Below, in pieces: positions 39,504-52,700 of a stretch of DNA of 64,000 bases. Below the pieces are notes generated by a model. It was not told where the DNA came from, searched no databases, and saw nothing but the letters and a program-made list of their open reading frames with translations. The stretch lies in contig NC_043013.1 in assembly GCF_006345805.1 (NCBI RefSeq), positions 48,174,001 to 48,238,000 on the forward strand, read 5' to 3'. Made by a program: the position numbers and the translations under genes. The DNA is from Octopus sinensis (lineage: Eukaryota). Every line of letters begins with the position of its first letter. Within the stretch, counting starts at the first letter, position 1.

Positions 39504-40959
39504 TAAAAACATTTGAATACCTTACAATCGGTTAAATAAAAATGTTAATTCATTGCTTCTATGCTATTAATGTGAAGAAAAAGGTGGAAGGGAGACTCGT
39601 GATGTACAACATCATGGTATGTAGACTGCTTCTCCTGAGAGAAGATCGACTCGGCTTCTTTCCCCAATCAATAGCATGGATTAACAGCTGTATAAAGTAG
39701 TCGTAAATTAGGGTAGCGCGGTGGTGGCGGAAAAAATATAATTAGTATATTTGTGTCTTTAACAGCTCGTCATTAATTAAACAATATTTTATGCAGAGCA
39801 CCTTGTAAATCACAACTGAAATATATTTAGCCATTATATAGTATCACTGAATTAAATAAAAAGGTGAACACATTCATTCTATGGTATTGATAAGAGGGAG
39901 AGTGTCCAGGCGGACCGTTTTATAGTTTGTCGATTGCTTGTCAGAGGAGACGTACCTAGCTTACTTCCTCAATCAATCAGTTAGAATATAGTACAAACTA
40001 TACTGCACAAATCAGTTGCTATACAAAATAGTCACGAAGCAAGTGCTTTAGTAGGTGACCTAATTTGCATATTTGAACTTTCGTTTGGTTTGTTTACATT
40101 TGTATTGATTTCAAATTTTGGTACAAGGCATGCAAGTTCGAGGATGGGTACTTGTTTTATCAACCCTCAAAGGATGAAAGGCAATTTGACCTCAGCTGAA
40201 TTTGAACTCAGAAAGTAAAAGTGGACGAAATGCTGCTAAGCATTTCGCTCGGCACGATGGCAATTCTACCAGCATGTCGCCTGAAGAATATATTCAATAT
40301 TGATTTCAAATTTCGGCACAAGACCAGCAAGTTCAAGGGAGTAGGTAAGTCAATCACATCGACCCCAGTCTTCAGCTGGTACTTATTTTATCGACTCCGA
40401 AGAATGAAAGATAAAGTTGACCCCGGCAGAAATTGAACTCAAATGTTAATGACGGACGAAAAGCCGTTAAGGAGAATATATTTAATAGTGAAAGAATATA
40501 AAGAACGAAATTATCCATAAATTAATTTAAAATTTCATCTATGTCCTCAGTATCGTGTCCCTGTAACTAAATACTCTCACCAAATTTCGTTTGGCTGTCA
40601 TATTTTGATGTTGCGTTAGGAAAGTAAATAAGTTGTAATAAAAACAGGTTTTTAACCGTAAATAAATCGTTTAAGACAGTTTTCCGAACTTTTTCTTGCA
40701 AAATATTTCAAAGTGCGGTCTTCTGAGTATTAAGTCTTTCAAGATTTCGGTATTCTGACTTTTAAGTTGTTTGATTTTGGCCTTTTCGCATTCGACTTTC
40801 TCACGTCCGGCATTACCATCGGCACCTGTATGCCTGCATCCATCCATTCATCCATTCATCCAGCCAGCCAGCCAACTAACCAAACACCCAACCATACATA
40901 CATACACACACACACATACATACATACATACATAAATACATACATACATACATACAAAA

Positions 40960-41075
40960 ATGCCCTGTTGTTGATGTTGAAATTCCAATGAAGGAACGTT
41001 GGATCTAGTTTAGAAACCGGTTCTTTCTCTATTGGCAAGAAATCTTGAAATAGAACTGAATAATGACAAATATAC
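40960..41075 (+). mobile_element. Short fragment resembling the R4-type LINE 3' end, between ATAC repeats
   Basis: gttga...gga(g/a)c(c/g)ttg(t/g)atct...aaaccggttc...gg(c)aaga aligns by eye with 4761-4860 at roughly 65-70%. Confidence 0.5.
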
Positions 41076-41229
41076 ATACATGAAGGATGTCTAGTTATTA
41101 GACAAGCATGATAATGGTTGAATAGCTGACTTAAAACTGATTGTTCCTACGAACGTCAGACCGCAAGTGAGTCGTGAAGCCAGCGAGAGACTTACAGAGT
41201 TTGTCACAAAAACTGCAAACTACATCCGA

Positions 41230-41670
41230 GTTTTCGGCAAGACGATAGGCCTTTCAGGTGGAGGATCATTTTTGGTTCCAAATGCCACATGTATACGGAA
41301 TGGCACTTGCTGACTTTACTGCATGCATCACAGGTAAACGTGCCTGCAATAACGAATTGAGCATAATCTGTTGGTGGGTTGTTTATATGACTCCTGTGTT
41401 GGTTTTGGAAAACTGAAGAACAGCTAACTCCACTTCATCTTCCCTCGCGGACAGCTCTTTTGGTCTATACCTAGCTTATTCACCTTGTGTGGAATGAGCG
41501 ATATACTTCGTATATTTGCTTTCTCCACTTGTTTCTGTCGCCAGCCAGTACTTCCCGGTTGTGAATGTCGAGATCGAATTGCGACAGCGAGTCTTTGCGT
41601 GATTAAAACACCTGTTAGGTTTCTGCTGAGGCCTTCTTCCTTCAGTCGTGACTCCTAGCAGTGCAAAAAA
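41230..41670 (-). mobile_element. Decayed RTE-like LINE 3' fragment
   Basis: Minus translation ...EVLAGDRNKWRKQIYE and terminal FTCDAC zinc-finger-like motif. Confidence 0.55.
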
Positions 41671-42819
41671 AAAAAAAAAACACTGACCAACGCATGCGCG
41701 GGGAAGCAAGCTTCTTACCACACGACCATGCCTGTATAGATACTCAGTGGCTGTAGCCTGTGAGCAACCTGAGATGATGCGAAGTATTCTGTTATATATT
41801 ATTCGTAGTTTGTGGCGCTGCAGTATTAGGGACTAGTATGGTTGACGATGGATCTAACGTATTGTTTGTAAACAGCTGTTAGTTTTTCTTTGTAGTGGTG
41901 CAATACTATACTTGTGGAATGCTCTAAATATGTTTGTGAGAGCTATTTTACTTTCCTTATTTCTTCTACAAATGTTGTACAGTTGTGTGTGACTCTTTGT
42001 GTTTTTGTCTTTCGTGAGTGGCTTATGTAACCAGTTTCTGTTGCTAATATCAACCCTAACCCTAACCCAATTCAGCCATCATCGAGATCTATGATCAAAG
42101 GTTTTCTAGTCATAATCCTCTTGCTCTTTTAAACGTGTCTTAATCGAGTACTATTTTAACCAGGATACACAGGTCTCTTCACCATTTAAGAGTGGGGTTA
42201 GAGGGAGACTTAACTGCTATTTTTAGCAGATCGAGTGACTGCTCTGATCCATCGGTTGGTTAGCTTAGTTAAAGGTTCCCCTACCAAACACAATCGAAAG
42301 CTTTTCTGATATCAAAGTTAACAATTTGCGTTTAACTGAAGTTTACAAAAACAAGAGACCTTTGCATGTAAAAGAGTGGAGTAACGATCTCACTTTACAA
42401 GAGCTGCAAAGGGAGAGAAACTTGAGTTTGTGAAGCAAGGAGATATTTTTTTCCTTTTTTTTTTTTTTTTTAACGATCGTTTAAATCCGTTCTTAGACTT
42501 GTGAAAATTTTATTGCTGTTTAATTTCAGGATTATCATGATCAAAAATGTTCTAACAATGATTAATAAGCAGTTCCAGTCTTTTAAGGGCTATCTACGAC
42601 TACACTGTTTATTGTCTTCATCCTTAATTAAAACGACAGGATGTAGTTTAAGAGAGATTTGGCTGTTATTTCTTGTAGGTTGAAGGACCATGTAAAGGCT
42701 TTATCAACCAAAATGCTAAAGATGTTTGAAGTGGTTATGGTAGCGCAGTTGACATACTGAGATTCCAGGCATGTAGAAACATCGACACGTTCTCATAGAC
42801 TAGTGGTGGGGGTTCCCAT

Positions 42820-43260
42820 ATAGAGAGAAAGATTGCAGGGTTTAGCGATGGTAGGAGCAAACTCTAAAAAATACTATTTGAGCTAAAAGAACAGACGTCG
42901 GCATGGCCAATCTCGGTGTTAGATTGGAGAAAATAGAAGAGTGTTCGTATTTATGATTGTATGTAATAGTAGAGTGTCTGTGTCGAGTAAATGGGAGAGT
43001 TTAGGGGCGTATTGTCATGTGTGTGTAGTACAGAATTGGAAAGCAAATCGGAGAGCGAATGGTTGGTTTAGGAGCAGGAATTCTACTTAGAGAACAATTT
43101 TTTCTGTGGAGTAGTGAAAATTTCTGAAAAGCCTACGCAGAAATGGGAGCAATTTCGATGAGAGATAATATGGGCTGAGTGATAAACAAACATATTTTGA
43201 TCACCTGACTATCGTTTTGTAGAGCGTGGCGATGGGCGACTCTCCCCAAGTTTTATAAGC
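42820..43260 (-). mobile_element. Heavily decayed CR1/L2/Jockey-group LINE 3' fragment
   Basis: LYKTIVR start, then remnants resembling the SF..R...W..LP...NL RT C-terminal pattern. Confidence 0.35.
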
Positions 43261-43355
43261 AATATCCTTCACTTGGACATCTATTATTCATTCACGTCTG
43301 CTAATAAATCATTTGGGAGTTGTGGGCCATGACTACGTGAAAGTTATGAAGGGAC

Positions 43356-43591
43356 GAAGGCGGCGAGCTGGCAGAAACGTTAGCACGCCGGATGAAATGC
43401 TTAGCGGTATTTCGTCTGTCGTTACGTTGTGAGTTCAAATTCCGCCGAGGTTGACATTGCCTTTCATCCTTTCGGGGTCGATAAATTAAGTACCAGTTCC
43501 GCACTGGGGTGGATGTAATCGACTTAATACCTATGTCTGTCCTTGTTTGTCCCCTCTATGTTTAACCCCTTTTGGGTAATAAAGAAATAGG
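43356..43591 (+). mobile_element. SINE family C with 11-bp TSD
   Basis: TSD tatgaagggac at 43345-43355 and 43592-43602. Confidence 0.92.
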
Positions 43592-45055
43592 TATGAAGGG
43601 ACATATTCCAAACGGTGGTTTCAGTTGTGCTGTTTTCAAATGGAGCAAAGTGCAGCACATTTACTATGAAGAATTGTTGATATAGAGCATATTCAGACAC
43701 GACAAATTAACTGACTTGAAGTACAAGGGGTTTCGGAGTGAGTGTATTTTGCGCAGAGCAGTTTGTAACGTTTATTAAGCAGTAGTCAGACAATCCTTGA
43801 AGGGGGTAAGGCCATTCGCTACGTGGCACCAAACACAAAAATCAACAGCAATCATAACACAGCAGGTAATAACAACACACCTGCGGTAACTGTGACATTA
43901 GCAATAATGACACAAACAACTGTTGCAACAGTAAGATTGCTTGATTTAGCTTCTTTATTAATTTTAATAGGATTCTTTAATAATGCATGAGCAAATAAAA
44001 AAAGCAAAAGAAAAAAAACCAGCATGATGTTAATATAGTATTATTTGTTGGTAAATTCAACGGATTCAATTCAGAAACATTCCATCCACGCCAAACACGC
44101 GTATCATAACTTTTCATGAAACAATTTATTTATCAAGTATTGAAGAAAGTTTAACATGATTTACCTACAGAAAGCCAACAACTCCGTCAGTTGAGAACAA
44201 TCGATATTCATCTTTCTTTAGCATCTAATCGTTAATAATATCATGTTTTTGAACATTCATTTCCCAGCGACCAACTTTTAAGTCGAACCCATTATTATCA
44301 CTTTTATACTTTTTATTTTCTCACACAGTCAAGCTGTACACCTTTTCCCGAACAATGCGACGAAATGCTAATATACCAGCTTTTCTTTGAATCTTTCTTA
44401 AATTTCATCTTACGTTATGTATCATCTGCAAGAATTAATGAAAGAAACCTTCTGCTAAGTAAAGACAAAAAAAAAAAAAAAAGAAGACATCTTCAGCTAA
44501 AGACTTCTCATAGAAGTTAATGACGAAAATGAATAATATCAAACAAAAAAGAAAAAAAAAGTAAGTAAATAAAAGTAAAAATAGAAATAAGAAAGGTAAC
44601 AACAGCAGCAACAACAACAACAACAACATCAGCAACAAAAGACTAGAAAAACAGACTAACTTCAAAGTGTAATTTAGTTCGTATAGAAATCATCAAATAT
44701 TTCCGTTAAGAACTGCTTTTTTCTTCTGCTGTCTTTTTACATTTACCAGTATAAGGAATCCTGAAAATCTATCATTAATTTCCAGCTAAAATCATTTTCA
44801 CTTGTTCTTTCAAATCCTTATTCCACTCAGCTGAAATGGTTTTTCTTTGTTCTTTCCTTTTCTCTTCTTTTCTCTTCGTTTCTTCCTTCCTTTCTTTCTT
44901 TCTTCCTTCCTTTCATTCTTTCGTTTTTCTTTAATTCTTCTTTTTCTTTTTCTTTTTCTTTTTCTTTTTTTTTTTGTCCATTGATATAAAGAGACGGCTA
45001 AGATAAAGATTTAGAGGAAAAACACGTAGAAAGATGCAAAACTATGAGTGGTTGC

Positions 45056-45328
<273 letters not shown>

Positions 45329-45697
45329 TAACCGAAGAGAATTAGGACACGTGTAAGGAGGAAAGATGGCGACGGAGGTAGGCAGGCATGCCCAAGATTT
45401 GAACCTTAAGCTGTAATTAAACGTTGCGTCGGTTGCAGTGGCTGTGTTAAAGCTGGCTGTATGATATAATACGGAGATGATAACTTAATTAAAATCTAAT
45501 AAGAAGGTGTCAACACACCATGTTACAGTGAGAGGCATGCAGCAACGGAGAAGAAATATAATAGAACCGTATTTTCTTTTCGAATCAGTTCAGTAAAAGG
45601 AAAAAGTCACACAACAGATAAAATAAAATTTGCATGCAAGAACGATGGCTTCCACATACACAAATTAACGCGCGCGCTCCGACGCACACGCACACAG

Positions 45698-45748
<51 letters not shown>

Positions 45749-45926
45749 ATTATGCAGACATACTCATACTTAAAAACAGGCATGCATGCACGGAGACACC
45801 TTCACATACACTAATACACAGATGCGTATAATATATATGTGTGTGTGTGTGAGTGTATAAAGGTTAATTTTTGTACGTAAATATGTACATGATTGTACAT
45901 ACGTATGTACATACATTCATACATGC

Positions 45927-45969
<43 letters not shown>

Positions 45970-46133
45970 TCATATTCATATATACATATCCATATATACA
46001 TATCTATATATTTACACATATTCGTGAAAAAAAACAGAAATAAACCCACATTCACAGGAATGCTGATGTAGTGAGATATACACAGCCATACATACACGTA
46101 TTACCTATGCGTACATATGCATACGTGCATACA

Positions 46134-46201
<68 letters not shown>

Positions 46202-46947
46202 TTCTGCGACATGTTATGGAATACATACACACACACACACTCATACACACACACACACTCATACACACACACATACACACATACATATGTGTGTGTGTGT
46301 GTGTGTGTGCGAAGAGAAAAGTACTCATACACATGAATATACAAATGCATCTCAAAACAATTACGCAGCTAAATTTTAAAATGTGTGCACGCATTTCTTT
46401 GTGCGTTTATTAATACATTGACAGAGAATCTGCTCAAATGTATTCAGTGTTTTATAAACACAAAGACAATGGTTAACATAATGCAGTGGACATCCAACAA
46501 AGTTGTAACCAAAGTAAATTATACACGTAATGAATGGAGGAGCCGGTAAATGGTTAACATTAATAATAATTCTTGTGAAGAAAGACAAGGGAAACAACTT
46601 GGAAACCGAATTGATTAAGAAGGAACGCGAGCACAGAACTTATAATTTCGCGCAAATATCCAAGTACTGTCAATCTTAATATCACATCCATATCATTTCG
46701 TCCATCGTTTACCTTCTCAGTCCAAATTCCGTCGAGGTCGACTTCGCCTTTCATCCTTTTGGGGTAGATAATCTAAAGTTGAGCTCTGGGGTCGATGTAA
46801 TTGACTTACCGCCTCCCTCGAAATTTCAGGCCTTATGCCAAAATTGGAAACCAATATCACTTCCATATACTGCATCAAGTCCTTAATGAATTTTTGAATA
46901 TTACATGTTTACAGGACATATGGGTTCGAAATCCGACACACACATAC

Positions 46948-46991
<44 letters not shown>

Positions 46992-47029
46992 TGTGTGTGT
47001 GTGTGTGTATGTATAAACACGAAAGGTGG

Positions 47030-48223
47030 CCATGCATATATTCATAAATATTCTAACCATCCTAATGCTAGTAGCGGGAATTCGTAGAAGCATCTCTATT
47101 TTATCGTTAAATAGAGAAATCTTCGCCAGAGGCATGTTCCATTACAACGAAGCATTAGCGAGAATTGGTTTTAATAAGAAATGAATGTATACGGAGGATC
47201 CCTCATCCCACGTTCGATGAGAGTTAAGAGCAAATAACTTTATTTAATCCTCCGTCCAACGTAGAAGCCTCTACGAACATACCCAGAAACATTTCTTATC
47301 CCTTATCACACATTTCCTAGGCACACGTTTCAACCGCAAAGTTTTTCACATACTTAATCCTCAAGTCGGTTATTCCTGCCTAGAAAGCATCTAATCCACA
47401 AAACACGTTGAAGCAGAAAATATGTAAGTCTCCCCCGTCCCCTATCAAAGAAATTCCCCTGCAATTACAGAAACCAATCCAACTGTCCACTGAAAGAATT
47501 TCATCTTCTTAAGGCATTGATTTATAGAACAAATATAAGAACATTGACCCGAAAGCTTTGCAGTTTTCGTTTTGGCTCTTTCATTCAGGCATTACATATG
47601 TGAAAGTGTGTGTGTGTGTGTGTGTGTAAGGATACCAACTGATAGTTTCCCGACGAAGTTCAAAAGAATCACAACCCCAAACAAGTCCTAGGCAACTTTC
47701 CCTCAATATATAAACACCTTCAGGTTCAGAGACGCGGAAAACCTTTTCATCTCGTTTTACCTGGAAATTTCGAAACAGAAACTAAATGCCCAGTAAAGTT
47801 GTTCCACCTAGCTCTACAATATACATGTTGTTTCGGCTATCATAAGCTCATTTCTTCCGAGAAATATGATAGCTTTAGTGCACTCATCAAAAGATATAGG
47901 ACTACAACAAAATCAAAAGCATGAAGTCAGAACAAAGACAAGAAACATCACACAAGCAACAAAATAAAACATAAGAGTAACAGGATATAATGAATATGTG
48001 ATATACATATTCAAAATGTGACCGCGTGTGTACCGTTGGCGATTTTTTCCTCCGTCTTCCCTTCCTTGGATTATTCCTTTTCCTATTTTTCTGACGAAGA
48101 GCTCCGCGCGAAACGTTGAATCCTCCTTCTTTCTTTCCTTTCCTAAGCGTCTAATAACACTATACTTGTTCCAAGTCCTCGCGTTGTTGTGTTTTCTCTT
48201 TGTGTTTTCATGTTTGGATTAAC

Positions 48224-48225
<2 letters not shown>
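47030..48225 (+). mobile_element. Decayed PLE, 3' half (RT thumb, GIY-YIG, 3' region with HHR)
   Basis: YIHKYSNHP, YNEALARIGF, FNPP....TNI, QVGYSC, NCPL...IY remnants; HHR motif at 48091. Confidence 0.75.
48086..48121 (+). ncRNA. Minimal type I hammerhead ribozyme, partly degenerate
   Basis: CUGACGA-a-GAGC-ucc-GCGC-GAAA-CG-UU; palindromic ACGU stem III; stem II 3 of 4 pairs; stem I weak. Confidence 0.55.
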
Positions 48226-48290
<65 letters not shown>

Positions 48291-48610
48291 AGAAAGAGAG
48301 AGGGATGGAGACAGACAGACAGACAGACAGAGACAGAGAGAGAACCCCTCTGTCATTGAATGCATACGCAAATATCAACGCAAGGAATGAGTGCTCAATG
48401 CCGCACTGGTGGACAAAGATTCTTTATTTGTTGATTAAGGCCACAATTGGTTTCTAATTAAGGAAGACCTCAACTATTATCAAGCCTATCACATGGGACA
48501 ACGGTGCTCGTCTCCCCTGTACATTAAAACACCTATTTCAATCCAAAATACAGACGAATACCGATGACAGACTTGAAGTCTTCTTGAACATGAAACCAAT
48601 GGTAGCTTTG

Positions 48611-49009
48611 TAGCTGTGTGGTAAGAAGCTTGCTTCCCAACCACATGGTTCCAGGTTCAGTCCCGCTGTGTAGCATCTTGGGCAAGTGTTTCTACTATAG
48701 CCTCGTGCCGACCAAAGCCTTGTGAGTGGATTTGGTAGACGGAAACTGAAAGAAGCCCGTCATATATATGTGTGTTTGTGTGTGTGTCTGTGTTTGTGTG
48801 TGTGTCTGTGTTTGTCCCCCCACCGTCGCTTAACAACCAATGTTGGTGTGTTTACGTCCCCGTCACTTAGCGGTTCAGGAAAAGAAACCAATAGAATAGG
48901 TACTAGGCTTACAAAGACTAAGTCCCGGAGTCGATTTGCTCGACTAAAGGCGGTGCTCCAGCATGGCTGTAGTCAAATGATTGAATCAAGCAAAAGAATA
49001 AAAGAATAA
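48611..49009 (+). mobile_element. SINE family A
   Basis: Head, body and tail present. Confidence 0.88.
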
Positions 49010-49014
49010 ATAAG

Positions 49015-49084
<70 letters not shown>

Positions 49085-49121
49085 ATGTATGTATGTATGT
49101 ATGTATGTATGTATGTATGTA

Positions 49122-49154
<33 letters not shown>

Positions 49155-49194
49155 ATGTAGGGGCACACACAAGCATATACATGTGTAGAAATTT

Positions 49195-49340
49195 ACAGTT
49201 GATGTCTATTTCGCGGGTTTTAATGTCTATGGAATGGATTTTCTCTACAAACCAGTCAAGTATCCCAAAAGTTGGGATCAGCTCTGATACTGCAAATGCA
49301 TTGTAGGATTCTGTCTTGTTGTATTCTGATGCTTTCAAAC
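49195..49340 (-). mobile_element. Internal fragment of an R4-type LINE embedded in (ATGT)n
   Basis: YNKTESYNAFAVSELIPTFGILDWFVEKIHSIDIKT matches YNKTITHNAFAVPVLIPTFGILD*SVEEIHFIDIKT at ~3250-3357. Confidence 0.85.
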
Positions 49341-49347
49341 GCATTGT

Positions 49348-49558
49348 TGTATGTATGTATGTATGTATGTATGTATGTATGTATGTATGTATGTATGTAT
49401 GTATGTATGTATGTATGTATGTATGTATGCATGCATATATGTATGTATGTTTGTATGCATGCATGTATGTGTGTACGTATGTATGTATGTATGTATGTAT
49501 GTATGTATGTATGTATGTATGTATGTATGCATATATGTATGTATGTATGCAAGCATGC

Positions 49559-49591
<33 letters not shown>

Positions 49592-49770
49592 TGTATGTAT
49601 GTATGCATATATGTATGTATGTATGCATGCATGTATGTACGTACATACGTATGTATGTATGCATGTATGCATGCATGCATGCATGCATGTATGTACGTAC
49701 GTACGTACGTATGTATGTATGTATGTATGTATGTATGTACGTACGTACGTACGTACGTATGTATGTATGC
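49348..49770. repeat. (ATGT)n/(ATGC)n/(ACGT)n array
   Basis: Directly visible. Confidence 0.95.
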
Positions 49771-50023
49771 GATAGATCTACATTTTAAGAGCCCTAAAAT
49801 CGTTTACTGTTTACAGGTGCTCCTTCGCCAGTGACAATAGGACAGCATCCAACGATGTTTGGAAAGACTTGCAATATACCCAAAGCACCTTGAGTCTCGA
49901 ATGAAAGCAGGACCATACAGGGAACCTCTTCCTCCCAGCAACGAGCCCTAGGTTACCACAGTTACGTTTTGCATATTTGTGCTATGATAGATCACCATAG
50001 ATTTAAAAATGGAAGGTAAATAA

Positions 50024-50432
50024 GGTGCAAGAGTGGCTGTGTGGTAAGTAGCTTGTTTACCAGCCACATGGTTCCGGGTTCAGTCCCACTGCGTGGCATC
50101 TTGGGCAAGTGTCTTCTGCTATAGCCCCGGGCTGACCAAAGCCTTGTGAGTGGATTTGGTAGACGGAAACTGAAAGAAGCCCGTCGTATATATGTATATA
50201 TATATATGTATGTGTGTGTGTTTGTGTGTCTGTGTTTGTCCCCCTAGCATTGCTTGACAACCGATGCTGGTGTGTTTATGTACCCGTTACTTAGCGGTTC
50301 GGCAAAAAGAGACCGATAGAATAAATACTGGGCTTACAAAAGAATAAGTCCCGGGGTTGAGTTGCTCGATTAATGGCGGTGCTCCAGCATGGCCGCAGTC
50401 AAATGACTGAAACAAGTAAAAGAGTAAAAGAG
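50024..50432 (+). mobile_element. SINE family A, full length
   Basis: Complete head to tail. Confidence 0.92.
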
Positions 50433-50499
50433 AGAGTGCATTTCAGATATTGGTTCAAGTTGCTGTACTCAGTTATCTCCCGTACCAAACTCACTGGCG

Positions 50500-52700
50500 T
50501 GAAAAACAATTCCTATGCATTATAGTTTTCGAGTTATTTATATACGTGCTTGATTCATCTTAGACGGATAAAACAAAACGTAGCAAAGATCAGAGTTAGT
50601 ATAATCTTTCATTTTAGACTCGTATGGGAATATATAGTACAGGAAGCAAATTTTACAAAAGATTTTATTTTTCTTTTTATTTCTAGTAGCATATTCACGC
50701 AAAATGTTGTCATGTGAGAGCTTTCTTGCAATATCATTTTCTATAGGCAATATGGATAAAGAACTTACACGCTCTTTAGTCATTGTAGACAGAAATTTGT
50801 TCTTTGTAACATATAGCTTTGAGAAATTCTTTTCTGTTTCACAACTTATGACAGTTATTGTCAAATATAGCTTAAGTACAGCGCTAATACTGAGATTTAG
50901 TTCAATTAGTTGTTCACAAATACGCTGAAGAATCTCTGTACATAGCTTTTTAGATGGTGAGTTTACTTTTGCGTTCAAGGATTTCCTAAAGTGTAAATAT
51001 TCTCTAAAACAACACTCATGTACAACTTCGTGGTAATATCATATATGTAATATAAGACAAGGTTAATATTGTCCTCATCAATTTCAGAATTGTTCGCGAA
51101 CTCTGAGAGACGATCGAACGAACTTTTTCCCAATCTGCTCATATGGATCTATTCTCCTACAGAATCGGTTGACCAAACAGTCACAGAGATGATTTAGTTT
51201 TTCTATTTTGAATTTCTCAATTTTTCTCAGAAAAGCACTATCACTTGTTCAGTTTCAAAATTCCATCGTAACAATGCGTTTGGAAATATCAGAATAACTT
51301 GAGGCCATATCTCCACACAAATCTTTTGGCTTTAATTCATTGTATGCGGTCTTCTTCTTTGAATTTTCTCGGAGTTCTTTAAGAAATGAAAATAAATATG
51401 ATAGCAGAAGATAACCTTCAAAATAATCCAAACCCCAGGATTTGAAGTTTCTTACCATTTTGTCGAAAAGCTCCAGTACTTCTTCCCAAACAACTGTTAA
51501 AATAACAAACTTTAATTTTACCAACTTTATCTCATTTGTATTTCTAGCTTCTCTGAGTTTTCAAAATATTTAGGATATCTTTGTCTCCGGTTTTAGTTGC
51601 TTTGATTGCTTTATGATTGTTTTATGATTTTTTCGATGTGCTTAAGTGTAACAAGAATATACTCTTGTTACACTTAAGCACATCGAAAATATCCAAATGC
51701 CATGTTTGTTTAAAATTTCCCCTTTTCATGGCAATCGAGAAAAGAAAACAAGCATCTCCTGCAAAATGTCAAAGTATTCAATAACTTCAGGCACAAGTAG
51801 GATTGACGGCAGGTGTTTTCAAGTGAAAGCTTTTGTTCTCACAGGATATACTGTTTGTTGTTGAACAAGTCATGGGTGAATAGTTTTCTGCTGGTAAAAG
51901 TGTCAGAAATCCGTCGCAGGATTTTCCATTATAACAATATCGAATCACAATTACCAACTGGCCAACATATGTTAGGTCAGCTGTACGAGAGTCAACAATA
52001 TTTGGTGCCTTAGTTGTTAATTTGATTTGATTTTCATCTTACACATACCTTGAGGATTTGTACCGATTCTTCATATTTTGGATAGGGAAGTAGTAATTAT
52101 TTTTTCGTTCTTACATTTGCCGAGATGTTCTGGTAAAAAATGACTTAAACTCTACAAAAAGATTAATGCTCCTCTTTAAATTTTCATTATATAGTGACCC
52201 TCATTTCACTCATGACTTCTAAATTCCAAACCTCTTTCACTTAAGTGGTACAACTCTTTTCAGTATTTCAAGATGATACTGTCTGTTTTTCTTGTCTGTT
52301 AATCCACAAGTTTCTATCTACAGTGCATTTATTTGTTTTTCTTGCTATCAAACACATTTCCATCTTATGTTCCATGCTATCTTCGGGATATTCCAGAGTC
52401 TTGAGTACATTGGTGCAGTCAGAGCTGAAAGTGATGTTTGACATTTCGAAAAGGGTTTGCAAATAAACCAGTAGATACAACCTTTAATTTTTGTGAGAAC
52501 TAACCAGAGTCTCACCACAGACTGGCCATTCTCGATTTTTTTTTTTTCAAAATATTTATTTGAGAAACATTTGTTTTGCTTCTTGTAAAGTCTACTAGAT
52601 TCGGTATTCACATCATCTGTTTATTTATTTTCCAAAGATAAAAGTAAGACCTGCATTAAATATTTTTATATGAAATAATTATCAACTGTTTATGGACCAA
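50500..52700 (-). mobile_element. Decayed hAT transposase
   Basis: C-terminal dimerisation motif SCETEKNFSKL...KNKFLSTMTKERVSSLSIL.IE; QLVIVIRYC; N-terminal NGQSVVRLWLV...IYWFICKPF (TTF-type zinc-finger-like). TIRs not found. Confidence 0.8.

Noticed and set aside
39530-40060. Unique non-coding stretch rich in TAAT/homeodomain-like sites (similar at 45400-45560)
   Set aside because: Such motifs are expected by chance at this AT content; needs conservation data.
42055-42070. (CCCTAA)2 telomere-like repeat
   Set aside because: Only two units, within an unclassified dispersed repeat also seen near 13.9, 32.2 and 42.6 kb.
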